From the NCBI GenBank assembly GCA_963764915.1, contig CAVXUO010000004.1, forward strand, positions 379,664-443,663: a stretch of DNA of 64,000 nucleotides, written 5' to 3'. Of this stretch, positions 18,166-26,571 are shown piece by piece. The position numbers were made by a program, and so were the translations under genes. Position 1 is the stretch's first letter. The number at the start of each line of letters is the position of its first letter. The notes below the pieces were generated by a model that made no database searches, was not told where the DNA came from, and saw only the letters and a program-made list of their open reading frames with translations. The DNA is from an uncultured Solirubrobacterales bacterium. Its GTDB lineage: Bacteria; Actinomycetota; Thermoleophilia; Solirubrobacterales; Solirubrobacteraceae.

Positions 18166-19125
18166 TTGCCCGAGCTTCCTGAGGTCGAGACCATCCGCCG
18201 CCAGCTCGCCCCGCTCGTCGAGGGTCGGCGCCTGCTGCGCGTGGAGATCCTCGACCCGCGCTGGTCGCGCCCGCTCGCGCCCGAGGAGCTGGCAGAGGCA
18301 CTGGTGGGGCGACGCGTCGAGCGCCTCGACCGACGCGGAAAGTATCTGCTCTGGCGCCTCGCCGATGAGGTCTTCCTTGCCCAACACCTACGCATGACGG
18401 GCGCGGTTCTGTGCGAACCGGAGCCGGAGCCGGCGCATGTGCGCGTGCGCGTCGAGCTGGGCGCACCGAGCGCAACGCGGAAGCCGGGAGCTCGTCCGCA
18501 AACCGCCCTCACCCGGCCGCGCGGCCCCCGACGGCGGCGCCTGGTGATCGTCGATCCCCGCCGCTTCGGCACCGGCGAGCTGCTGCTGGGGGAGGAGGCG
18601 ATGGAGCGCTTCTTCGCCGCACGGCTGGGATTGGAGCCGCTGGACGAGCGCTTCACGGCCGAGCATCTGCGTGCGCTCGCGCGTGGGCGCACCGCACCGG
18701 TGAAGGCCTTTCTGCTCGACCAGCGCCGCATCGCCGGCGTCGGCAACATCTACGCCGACGAGGCGCTCTTCCGCGCCGGCGTCCACCCGCTGCGTCCCGC
18801 GGGGCGGCTCTCGGTCGCCCAGTACGCGCGCCTGCGCGAGGGCGTGATCGAGGCGTTGGGCGAAGGGATCGACGCCCGCGGGGCCACGATCGACGACTTC
18901 CGCCACGTTGACGGGGTGCGCGGCTCCTTCCAGGATCGCTTCCTGGTGCACCGTCGCGAGGGCCTGCCCTGCCCGCGCTGCGGGCGCACGATCGTGAAGA
19001 TGGTCGTCGGCGGGCGTGGCACCTATGTCTGCGAGCGCTGCCAGCCGCGTCCGCGGGGCGCCGCCCCTCGAGGAGGAGCGCAAGCTGGCGGCCGAGGGCC
19101 GGGCAGTCGGAGGGTCGGGCGCTAA
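18166..19125 (+). CDS. mutM: Formamidopyrimidine-DNA glycosylase
   Basis: N-terminal PELPEVET, 'RRGKYL', 'HLRMTG', 'DPRRFG', 'GVGNIYADE', C-terminal CxxC...CxxC zinc finger. Confidence 0.96.
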   Translation: MPELPEVETIRRQLAPLVEGRRLLRVEILDPRWSRPLAPEELAEALVGRRVERLDRRGKYLLWRLADEVFLAQHLRMTGAVLCEPEPEPAHVRVRVELGAPSATRKPGARPQTALTRPRGPRRRRLVIVDPRRFGTGELLLGEEAMERFFAARLGLEPLDERFTAEHLRALARGRTAPVKAFLLDQRRIAGVGNIYADEALFRAGVHPLRPAGRLSVAQYARLREGVIEALGEGIDARGATIDDFRHVDGVRGSFQDRFLVHRREGLPCPRCGRTIVKMVVGGRGTYVCERCQPRPRGAAPRGGAQAGGRGPGSRRVGR

Positions 19126-19148
19126 AGGGATTTCCCGCGAGCCGCGAG

Positions 19149-19427
19149 CTAAGCGCGCGTGCTCTCAGCGGCTCGGGTCGCCAGCAGCTCGTCCAGCCAG
19201 CCGCTCTCAGCGGCGGCTTGCGTCTCGTTGAAGCCTCCCACCAACCGGCCGTCGACCAGCACCTGGGGGAAGGTCATCATCCCTGTTTTCGCTGCCAGTT
19301 CCATGCGGCCCTCGGGGTCCTTGGAGAGGTTGACCTCGGCGAACTCGAGCCCGCGAGATCCCAAAAGGCCCTTTACGCGCGCGCAGTAAGCGCACGGCTC
19401 GGTCGTGTAGACGGTGATCTTGCCCAC
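19149..19427 (-). CDS. Glutaredoxin
   Basis: 'YTTEPCAYC' CxxC, 'TFPQV', 'VGGF'. Confidence 0.9.
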   Translation of the reverse strand: MGKITVYTTEPCAYCARVKGLLGSRGLEFAEVNLSKDPEGRMELAAKTGMMTFPQVLVDGRLVGGFNETQAAAESGWLDELLATRAAESTRA

Positions 19428-19460
19428 TACTTCATAAAGTATAGCAAGTCGGGGTCCTCA

Positions 19461-19496
19461 ACAAACACCGAGGGCCCGCACTGGGCGGGCCCTCGG
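19461..19496 (-). terminator. Intrinsic terminator
   Basis: 12-bp stem CCGAGGGCCCGC/GCGGGCCCTCGG followed on the minus strand by TGTTTGT. Confidence 0.7.
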
Positions 19497-19516
19497 CAAT
19501 CGCTTGGCGCGAACTC

Positions 19517-21963
19517 TTACTTCTTCTTGTGCTTCTTGACCTTCTTGGTCTTCTTCCTCTTCTTGGAGGCCGCGTTTGCCTTGCCCTGCTTGTCGCCCGT
19601 GCTGGCAAGTGCCCCCGCGATCGGGGTCACCAGCGGTTTGGCTGACGCTTCAATTTCTGATTTGCGTTTTGCCAATTCCGCTTCTCGCGCTGCCTTTGCT
19701 TCCGCTTCTTCTTTTGCGCGCCTCGCGTTGGCGGCTTCGATTTCTGCCGCGGTCTTTTTTTCTTCCGCTTCCTTTTCGGCTTCTCTTTTGTGCTGTTTTT
19801 CTTCAGCGGCGGCTTCCCGTTTGATGCGTGCTTCTTCGGCCGCTACTTCCCTGGCCTTCTGTTTTTCTTCCGCCGCCTTTGTTTCTGCTTCCCTTTCTTC
19901 TTTCGCTTTCTTTGCTTCTGCTTCTTTTTCTTCTTTTGCCTTTGTTGCTTCTGCTTCCTTTTCTTCCTTAGCTTTTGCTTCTGCTTTTTCTTTTTCTTCT
20001 TTTGCTTTTTCTTCTGCTTCTTTCTTTTCCTTCGCGCCGAGGTTCGTCGAGAAGTCGACGAGATGATCGCGGACGATCTCCTCGTTTTCGTACCGCGCGG
20101 TGAGATCGACCGATGCGAACGTGCTGTCCACCAGATCGATCGCCGCCAGGCCTTCGTCGTTTGTGGTTGCGCAGAGGCTGTTGGTGCCTTCCAGATAGGG
20201 ATTGGTCACGTAGCTGCCGCCGAGGTAGACTTCGCCGCCTTTGCCCAACATGTGTTCGGGGTCAGACAGCGTGTCGCCGTTGGTGGGGTTGCTGAACTTG
20301 TAAAGCCCGGCTTCCTGCTGTGCGTGGAAGCACACCGTCTCATCGATGATCGGACGCCCGTCGATGTCCTGCGCCTTGGCGACGACGATCCGCACGTTCT
20401 GCTTCTTCTTTGCCGTTGCCCTTCGGGAACTCAAAGAATTCCTTTTCCCACTTCGACCTGACTTTCTTGACCAGCGATCCTTCTGAGTCTCTGCTGCCTG
20501 TAGTCGACCGGCTGGTACGGATACACGGCCGTGGCGGAGATCGACGATTCGCCGATGACTTCGTTGTACAGGTTCTTCAGGTCGCAGCCGCCGTCGGCGT
20601 TCTTGATGATCTTGCCTGCTTCGCTTTCGCCTTCGGCTCCGCCGAACACGGGGATGTGGTTCAGGTAGAACCCATCGCCCGGCGTGTACGTCACGAGCAC
20701 TTCGCCGCGCTCGTCGGTGTAGAACGTTTCGTTCAACGAACCGCTCGGGGTCTGGTAGTAGGTCGAGCCTTCCTCATCGTCCTGGCCGCCGGTACGTTGC
20801 AGGCAGCCCGTCGATTCGGCGGTGCGCGACCCGCTGCTGAGCACCGATGTCCAGAACTTGTACGGTTCGGGGTGTTTGTTCAGGAACCCGGGGAAGTCGC
20901 CTCCGGGGCTTGGCCCGTCGATCCCTGATGCCTGAGCTTCGGGGCGATCGGTGGCCGGGATGTACGCGCTGTAGTACGGGTTGTCCGAGTAGATCCCGGC
21001 CTTGCTCGCGCCCGAGATCTGACCCACGCCACCCAGACTCGAGCCGCCTTCGTTCGCCGCGAGATGCACATCGACACGCATCGCCGGCATCGGGGCGTCG
21101 TCGGCGTTGAGGCTGCCGTTGCTGAGGAGCGTTTCGGTGACCTCTGGATCGAACGGTCCGACCACATCTGAATTCGTGCCTTCTTCCGGGCTTCCGTGGA
21201 TATCCCACAGGCCCGGGTTGCTGCCCGGCGGTTCGGTTTCTCCGGAGCTGCTCGCCAGCGCGTCGGCCAGGGTTGCCCAGCTTTCGGGCAGGTTGTAGCT
21301 TGCTTCGGGGAGGACGTTGTGCAGCGGCGAGGCTGGTTCGACCGGGAAGCTGCCCGTCACCTTTACCTGCACGAGGCCCTGGTCTGCGCTCGATTCGGGT
21401 TCGGAGAGGGGCGACGGCACGAATTCGCCGCTGCCCGAAGGATCGCCACCGTAGGGGAGCTCGGTGAGCGCCGGCTTGTTGACCGTCAGCCAGATCGCCA
21501 GGAACTGATGCGAGAACACGACTGCTCCGGCGCTGTTCGTGACGACCGCCCTGATCCGCGCCAAGCCCGGATTCAGTGACTTGTAGTCGATCTTCACGCA
21601 GCCGTCGCCGGCTTCGGCCTGGCTGCTGCCCGCGCTCGGCGCGAAGAAGGCCTGGGTTCCGGATTCGGGCGCCGGGATCTCAGCCGGATCCGGGTTGCCC
21701 GACCAGTCCTCCTCCTGGAAGTTGACGCGCTGGCCGCCTTCTTCGCTGGTGTTGATTGCCGGGTCGCACGCCACCAGACGCACGTGCTCGCCAACCCACG
21801 CCACATACGGGATGTTGGCGCTCTGCGGGCCGTCGGATGTGGACGTGAACGTCTGGCTTGGAGCGGCAGCGGCGCCGGCCGTGAGCGTGCCGAGGGCCAG
21901 CACCGCCGCTCCTATCGCGGAAACGAGTCCCGCGATCATTTTCCGTTTGACTTGTGGTCGCAT
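19517..21963 (-). pseudogene. Large secreted protein (~814 aa if corrected) broken by two frameshifts near 20499 and 20402
   Basis: GGAGGAGG RBS and signal peptide at 21963; ORFs 20431-22017 and 19517-20434 are bridged by a third-frame segment 'SEGSLVKKVRSKWEKEFFEFPKGNGKEE'; C-terminal E/K/A coil and poly-Lys tail; could be sequencing error. Confidence 0.65.
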
Positions 21964-22172
21964 TGTGTGCGGCCTCCTCCTTGAGTGAGTGAGCTGAAAG
22001 TGCCTTCCATCGGACACGAGGTGTGAAATGCCACGAAATCCCCACTACGGGTATTTCATCGCCGGGATGCTATGGGCATCGCGCTCATTGCACAATCATC
22101 ATGTGGGGTAGTTTTTTGCCCCGCCAATTTGGGTAGGTGGAGCGCCACCCCAAAGGCTCACCGCGGTCGGCG

Positions 22173-22865
22173 TCAGCTTGTCCGGATGCGATCCGCTTGG
22201 GCTATTAACTCGTCGGCCGGATGCGTGAGAGACTGATTGGGATCCTGGGCCTGCTGCCCGACGGCCTGCATCGCCTGCACGCGGTTGCGCACCCCCAGCT
22301 TGGAGTAGATCGTGCGCAGGTGGAACTTGACCGTGTTCGATGAGATCGTGAGGTGGCTGGCGATCTGCTTGTTGCTCATCCCGGAGGCGAGCAGCGCGAG
22401 GATCTCGCGCTCGCGCGCGCTCAGTGTGGCGAGTGGGTTGTCCGCCTGCGCGGAGGCCGACTGCCAACCCGCGGGCATCACCGCGCGGCCCTCGAGCACG
22501 TTACGCAGAGCGAGGATCGTCTCCTCGACCGTGTCGGATGTCAGCACGACGCCCTCGGCACGCTCCTCGATCGCACAGCGAACAACCGCCGGTGTGGCCA
22601 GCTCGCACAGCAGCATGATCTTCAGGTCGGGGTGGGCGCACTTGATCTCCGCAACCGCCTCGGGGCCGGCGGCCGGATCGTCGGTATAGACGATCGCGGC
22701 CTGGGGACGCAACCTGCCGGTACGCATTGCGGTGTTGAGCTCGCGCCAGCTCGGGTAGACGCCGAACACCCTGTATCCGCCTTTCGTGAGCATCCAGGCG
22801 AGCGCTTCGGCGACCAGCGTTTCGGCTCCGCCGACGATCGCGATCCTGGGCTCAACCGTCGCCAC
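22173..22865 (-). CDS. LuxR/NarL-type regulator with atypical receiver domain
   Basis: HTH 'LSAREREILALLASGMSNKQIASHLTISSNTVKFHL'; receiver lacks acidic pair, phospho-Asp position reads 'IVYTD', no conserved Lys. Confidence 0.85.
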   Translation of the reverse strand: MATVEPRIAIVGGAETLVAEALAWMLTKGGYRVFGVYPSWRELNTAMRTGRLRPQAAIVYTDDPAAGPEAVAEIKCAHPDLKIMLLCELATPAVVRCAIEERAEGVVLTSDTVEETILALRNVLEGRAVMPAGWQSASAQADNPLATLSAREREILALLASGMSNKQIASHLTISSNTVKFHLRTIYSKLGVRNRVQAMQAVGQQAQDPNQSLTHPADELIAQADRIRTS

Positions 22866-23595
22866 TGGCGATCTGCGCGTGCAGGTTGGCGGCCTCGACA
22901 CGATTGCGCACTCCCAGTCGCGAATATAGGGCACGGATGTGAAACTTGATCGTGTTCGGACTGAGTTTGAGCTCGAGGGCTATCTCATCGTTGCGGCGGC
23001 CCGCGGCGATCAGCGCCAGGATCTGGCGGTGACGAGGGCTCAACCTCGCTTCGCACCCTGGTTGGGCGGGGAGCTGCTGCTGCCATCCGGCTGGAAGCAC
23101 GGTGCGCCCAGTGGCGGTGTAGGCGAGCGCGGCGAGTATGTCCTCTGTGGAGTAACTCTTCAGCAGGACCCCGCTGGCCCGGTGCTCGATCGCGCAATGG
23201 ACCACCTCCTCGCGGGCCGTGCGGCAGAGCAGCACGACCCGGGAGCGACCGCGGGTCGGGCTCAGTTCGCGCATGGCGGTGCCGCACTCGCCGAGCTCCC
23301 CGCCGTCGCAGTCGAGCAGGAGCACGGCCGGAGGACGCCTCGAGTCCGCGGCGAGAAATTCAGCCGCGGTGGCAAAGGTGCCCAGCACCTGCAGCCCGTC
23401 CTGGGCTGTGAGCAGGCTGGCGGTGGCGTCCCGCAGCAGGCGCTGGCCACCGATCAGCGCGATGGTGATCGCGGGTCGAGGACGGTCCAGGTGGGGGCGA
23501 CCTCGCCATTCGGTGGGTAGGCCGGTCGAGTTTTCTAGGCCGGTCGAGTTTTCGGCGGGCAGGGGGGGTCCGGGCAGGACGTCTAGGCCTGACAT
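22852..23595 (-). CDS. LuxR/NarL-type regulator with atypical receiver domain
   Basis: 'LSPRHRQILALIAAGRRNDEIALELKLSPNTIKFHI'; 'LLLD' and 'LLKS' retained, acidic pair replaced ('IGGQ'). Confidence 0.85.
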   Translation of the reverse strand: MSGLDVLPGPPLPAENSTGLENSTGLPTEWRGRPHLDRPRPAITIALIGGQRLLRDATASLLTAQDGLQVLGTFATAAEFLAADSRRPPAVLLLDCDGGELGECGTAMRELSPTRGRSRVVLLCRTAREEVVHCAIEHRASGVLLKSYSTEDILAALAYTATGRTVLPAGWQQQLPAQPGCEARLSPRHRQILALIAAGRRNDEIALELKLSPNTIKFHIRALYSRLGVRNRVEAANLHAQIASGDG

Positions 23596-24007
23596 TGCAT
23601 CCGTCTCATTCCGTTTCTCTCAGCGGTGTCAGCGAGCTTCCGTGCTGCCCCAACCGGCTGTATGGAGCTTCCGTGCCGCCAACTGTCGCTGTCCGCCACC
23701 CACCGAGCGGCTTGCCTGCCCGAGCGTCCACAGGGCTGGGGGACACGATCCTTGCCAGTGGCACGAATCTATACAATTACTTCAGTCGGAATGTATCACG
23801 CATAGTGCGAAATTGCACGGTGGGTTTGGCGACCGGCTGATTTTGACGGCAAACTACCCATCGGGCGTCCGAAAATCGATGGCTCGGTGCCACGGGCGAA
23901 TCAGTGATTCGGAGCATCGGCCGGCTCCTGTTGCGAGTGCGAGCGGCGGGGTTTCCTGTTACCGATCTCGTATGCCGGCCGAGGCGATGCCTACACTCGC
24001 GGTCGAG

Positions 24008-24736
24008 ATGGCCGGACCAGTGAAGACCGAGGCCGTGGTGCTGCGCTCGATCCGCTACGGGGAGGCGGATCGGATCCTGCACGTCTACACCCCCCACCGC
24101 GGGCGGGTGAGCGCGATCGCCAAGGGGGTGCGTCGCGCGCGCAGCCGCTTCGGGGGTCGCCTGGAGCCGTTCTTCCGCCTGCGCCTGGAGCTGCACGAGG
24201 GGCGCGGCGAGCTGCTGACGGTCACCGGCGCTGACACGATCGACGGCCATCCCCGCCTGCGTGAGGACGCCGGCGCGCTGGACGCCGCCGCGCGCGCCTG
24301 CGACGCGGTGGGACGGCTGTTCGAGACATCCGAGCCTCACCCCGGCGTGTTCAACCTGCTCTGCCGCCAGCTCGCGTTGCTGGATGCGCGGGCCGGTGGC
24401 GCCACACGCGCGGGCGCGCTGCAGTTCCGCCTGAAGCTGCTGCTCGCGGCGGGCCTCGCCCCCCACCTGGGGGCCTGTGCGCATTGCGGGGAGCGCGAGC
24501 ACCTCGTCGGCTTCTCCGGCGCCGCGGGCGGGGTCGTGTGCGGCGCCTGTGAGGCGGGGTCGTTCCCGCTGGAGGAGGATGCTCACGGCTTCATGACCGA
24601 GGCGCTCGGGCGGGCGCTCGCCGAGACTCCCGAGGCGCCCGAGCGCGCGCTCGGCCAGGTCGAGCGCGCGATCTCCGAGACGCTCGAGCACCACGCCCAC
24701 CTGCGGCTGATGCCGGCCGGGGGGCGCGCCGGCTGA
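24008..24736 (+). CDS. recO: DNA repair protein RecO
   Basis: 'TEAVVLRSIRYGEADRIL', 'AIAKGVRR', C-terminal CxxC...CxxC. Confidence 0.93.
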   Translation: MAGPVKTEAVVLRSIRYGEADRILHVYTPHRGRVSAIAKGVRRARSRFGGRLEPFFRLRLELHEGRGELLTVTGADTIDGHPRLREDAGALDAAARACDAVGRLFETSEPHPGVFNLLCRQLALLDARAGGATRAGALQFRLKLLLAAGLAPHLGACAHCGEREHLVGFSGAAGGVVCGACEAGSFPLEEDAHGFMTEALGRALAETPEAPERALGQVERAISETLEHHAHLRLMPAGGRAG

Positions 24737-24780
24737 GCATCCGCCGCTGTGGGTCATGCGGGAATGGGCCCGGGAGCGGC

Positions 24781-24945
24781 GCTCCGGTGGTCTTGCGCGA
24801 TGGTGGTTCCGTGGTGCTCCGGTGGTCTTGCGCGATGGTGGTTCCGTGGTGCTCCGGTGGTCTTGCGCGATGGTGGTTCCGCGGTGCTCCGGTGGTCCTG
24901 TGCAATGGTGGTTCCGCGGTGCTCCGGTGGTCCCCGCGCGATGGT
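24781..24945. repeat. 35-bp tandem repeat (VNTR), ~4.7 copies
   Basis: GCTCCGGTGGTCTTGCGCGATGGTGGTTCCGTGGT starting at 24781, 24816, 24851, 24886 and 24921 with increasing divergence. Confidence 0.95.
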
Positions 24946-24976
24946 CGCGAGGCCAATTGCCTGTATCGTGCTGGCC

Positions 24977-25333
24977 GTGGACGAGGGGTTGCCAATCGCA
25001 TACCAGCTGCTCGATGACGGCGTGCCGGTGCTGGCGTCGGACGGCACCCCGGTGGGGACCGTGCTGTGTGTGCTGGCTGCTCCCGAGGAGGACGTTTTCC
25101 ACGGACTTCTGATCACGACCTCGAACCATGGCGTCCGCTTCGTCGAGGCAGGTCTGATTGCGTCGATCCACGAACGCGGCTGCGACCTGCGCATCGACAC
25201 GGTCGCCACGTTGAGCCTTCCCGAACCGGAGCACGAGGCACCTGTGTACAGCGAGGATCCCGACAAGCAGCAGCGCTGGCACCACTGGGTCCACCGCATC
25301 ACGGGGCGCAACGACTGGAATCGGCAGCGCTGA
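24977..25333 (+). CDS. Small hypothetical protein, PRC-barrel/DUF2171-like
   Basis: 'GVPVLASDGTPVGTV...VFHGLLI...IASIHERG' resembles the PRC-barrel pattern. Confidence 0.6.
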   Translation: MDEGLPIAYQLLDDGVPVLASDGTPVGTVLCVLAAPEEDVFHGLLITTSNHGVRFVEAGLIASIHERGCDLRIDTVATLSLPEPEHEAPVYSEDPDKQQRWHHWVHRITGRNDWNRQR

Positions 25334-25385
25334 AGGCGGCCTGCTCACAGCTGAGGATCGCCGGGCGCGGTGCCACAATCGAGCG

Positions 25386-26450
25386 ATGGGCACCGTAACG
25401 CACCAACAGACGGTGGCAGCGGCATTCGCGGCGCGCCGCCAGGAGCTCGAGGAGCTGACGCTCTCGCCCCTCGCGGCGCGCTCCTACCCGCCGCGGCGCG
25501 CGCGCGCGGAGGACGATTGCTCGCTGCGCACCCCCTTCCAGCGCGATCGCGACCGGATCGTGCACTGCAAGGCGTTCCGCCGCCTGAAACACAAGACGCA
25601 GGTGTTCGTGGCGCCGATGGGCGACCACTACCGCACACGGCTCACGCACACGCTCGAGGTGACGGGGATCTCGCGCGCGGTAGCGCGCGCGCTGCGCCTC
25701 AACGAGGATCTCGTGGAGGCGATCGGGATGGGCCACGACCTCGGTCACCCGCCGTTCGGGCATATCGGCGAGGAGGTGCTGGACGCCTGCCTGCGCGAGC
25801 GCTTCGACGGAGGCTTTCGCCACTACGAGCACTCGCTGCGGGTGGTCGAGCGCCTCGAGCGCGACGGCGAGGGCCTCAACCTCACGGAGCAGGTGCGCGA
25901 CGGGATCGCCCGCCACTCCAGCCGTGCCCCCGAGCCCGCGACGCTGGAGGGGCGGATCGTGCGCGTGATGGATCGCGTGGCGTACATCAACCACGACATC
26001 GACGACGCCGTGCGCGCCGGTCTGCTGCGCGAGCGCGACCTTCCCGCGGAACCGATCGCGGCACTGGGGCGCTCGGGCTCGGCGCGAATCGACGCGCTGG
26101 TGCACGACATGGTCGAGCACTCCGAGCGTGCCGGTGAGATCGTGCAGGGCGATGAGGCAGCGCGCGCGATGGGACAGCTGCGCAAGTTCATGTTCGAGCG
26201 CGTCTACCTCGGGCCTGAGGTGCGCGCCGAGCGCGAGCGCATCGCCACGGTGGTGAGGATGCTGTTCGAGCACTACGTCGAGCACCCCGAGCTGCTGCCC
26301 GCCCGGCCTCACGGCCTGCCCGACGGGGACACCGACCTGGCCGAGCGAGTGACCGACTACATCGCCGGGATGACCGACCGCTACTGCATCAGGGCCTACA
26401 CGGACCGATGGGGCACCGGCCAGCAGGTACCGCGCGCGTTTGCACGCTAG
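25386..26450 (+). CDS. dgt: Deoxyguanosinetriphosphate triphosphohydrolase (dGTPase)
   Basis: 'RTPFQRDRDRI', 'FRRLKHKTQV', 'RTRLTHTLEV', 'GHDLGHPPFGH', 'YINHDIDD', 'DYIAGMTD'; upstream of dnaG. Confidence 0.93.
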   Translation: MGTVTHQQTVAAAFAARRQELEELTLSPLAARSYPPRRARAEDDCSLRTPFQRDRDRIVHCKAFRRLKHKTQVFVAPMGDHYRTRLTHTLEVTGISRAVARALRLNEDLVEAIGMGHDLGHPPFGHIGEEVLDACLRERFDGGFRHYEHSLRVVERLERDGEGLNLTEQVRDGIARHSSRAPEPATLEGRIVRVMDRVAYINHDIDDAVRAGLLRERDLPAEPIAALGRSGSARIDALVHDMVEHSERAGEIVQGDEAARAMGQLRKFMFERVYLGPEVRAERERIATVVRMLFEHYVEHPELLPARPHGLPDGDTDLAERVTDYIAGMTDRYCIRAYTDRWGTGQQVPRAFAR

Positions 26451-26571
26451 TGAGGCGGGGGAGGGGCGGGGACTCGCGCGGCGATGGGCGCTCGTGCCTC
26501 GAGGCGGCCGGGGGCAGCGTCGCAGCAGGCGGGGGGCGGAGCGGGCGCGCGAGCGGCTAGCGTAGGCCCAG

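Noticed and set aside
19790-20461. Phe/Cys-rich membrane protein on plus strand
   Set aside because: Antisense artefact of the A-rich E/K coil on the minus strand
24781-24945. CRISPR array
   Set aside because: 35-bp units are head-to-tail with no unique spacers, and no cas genes are present
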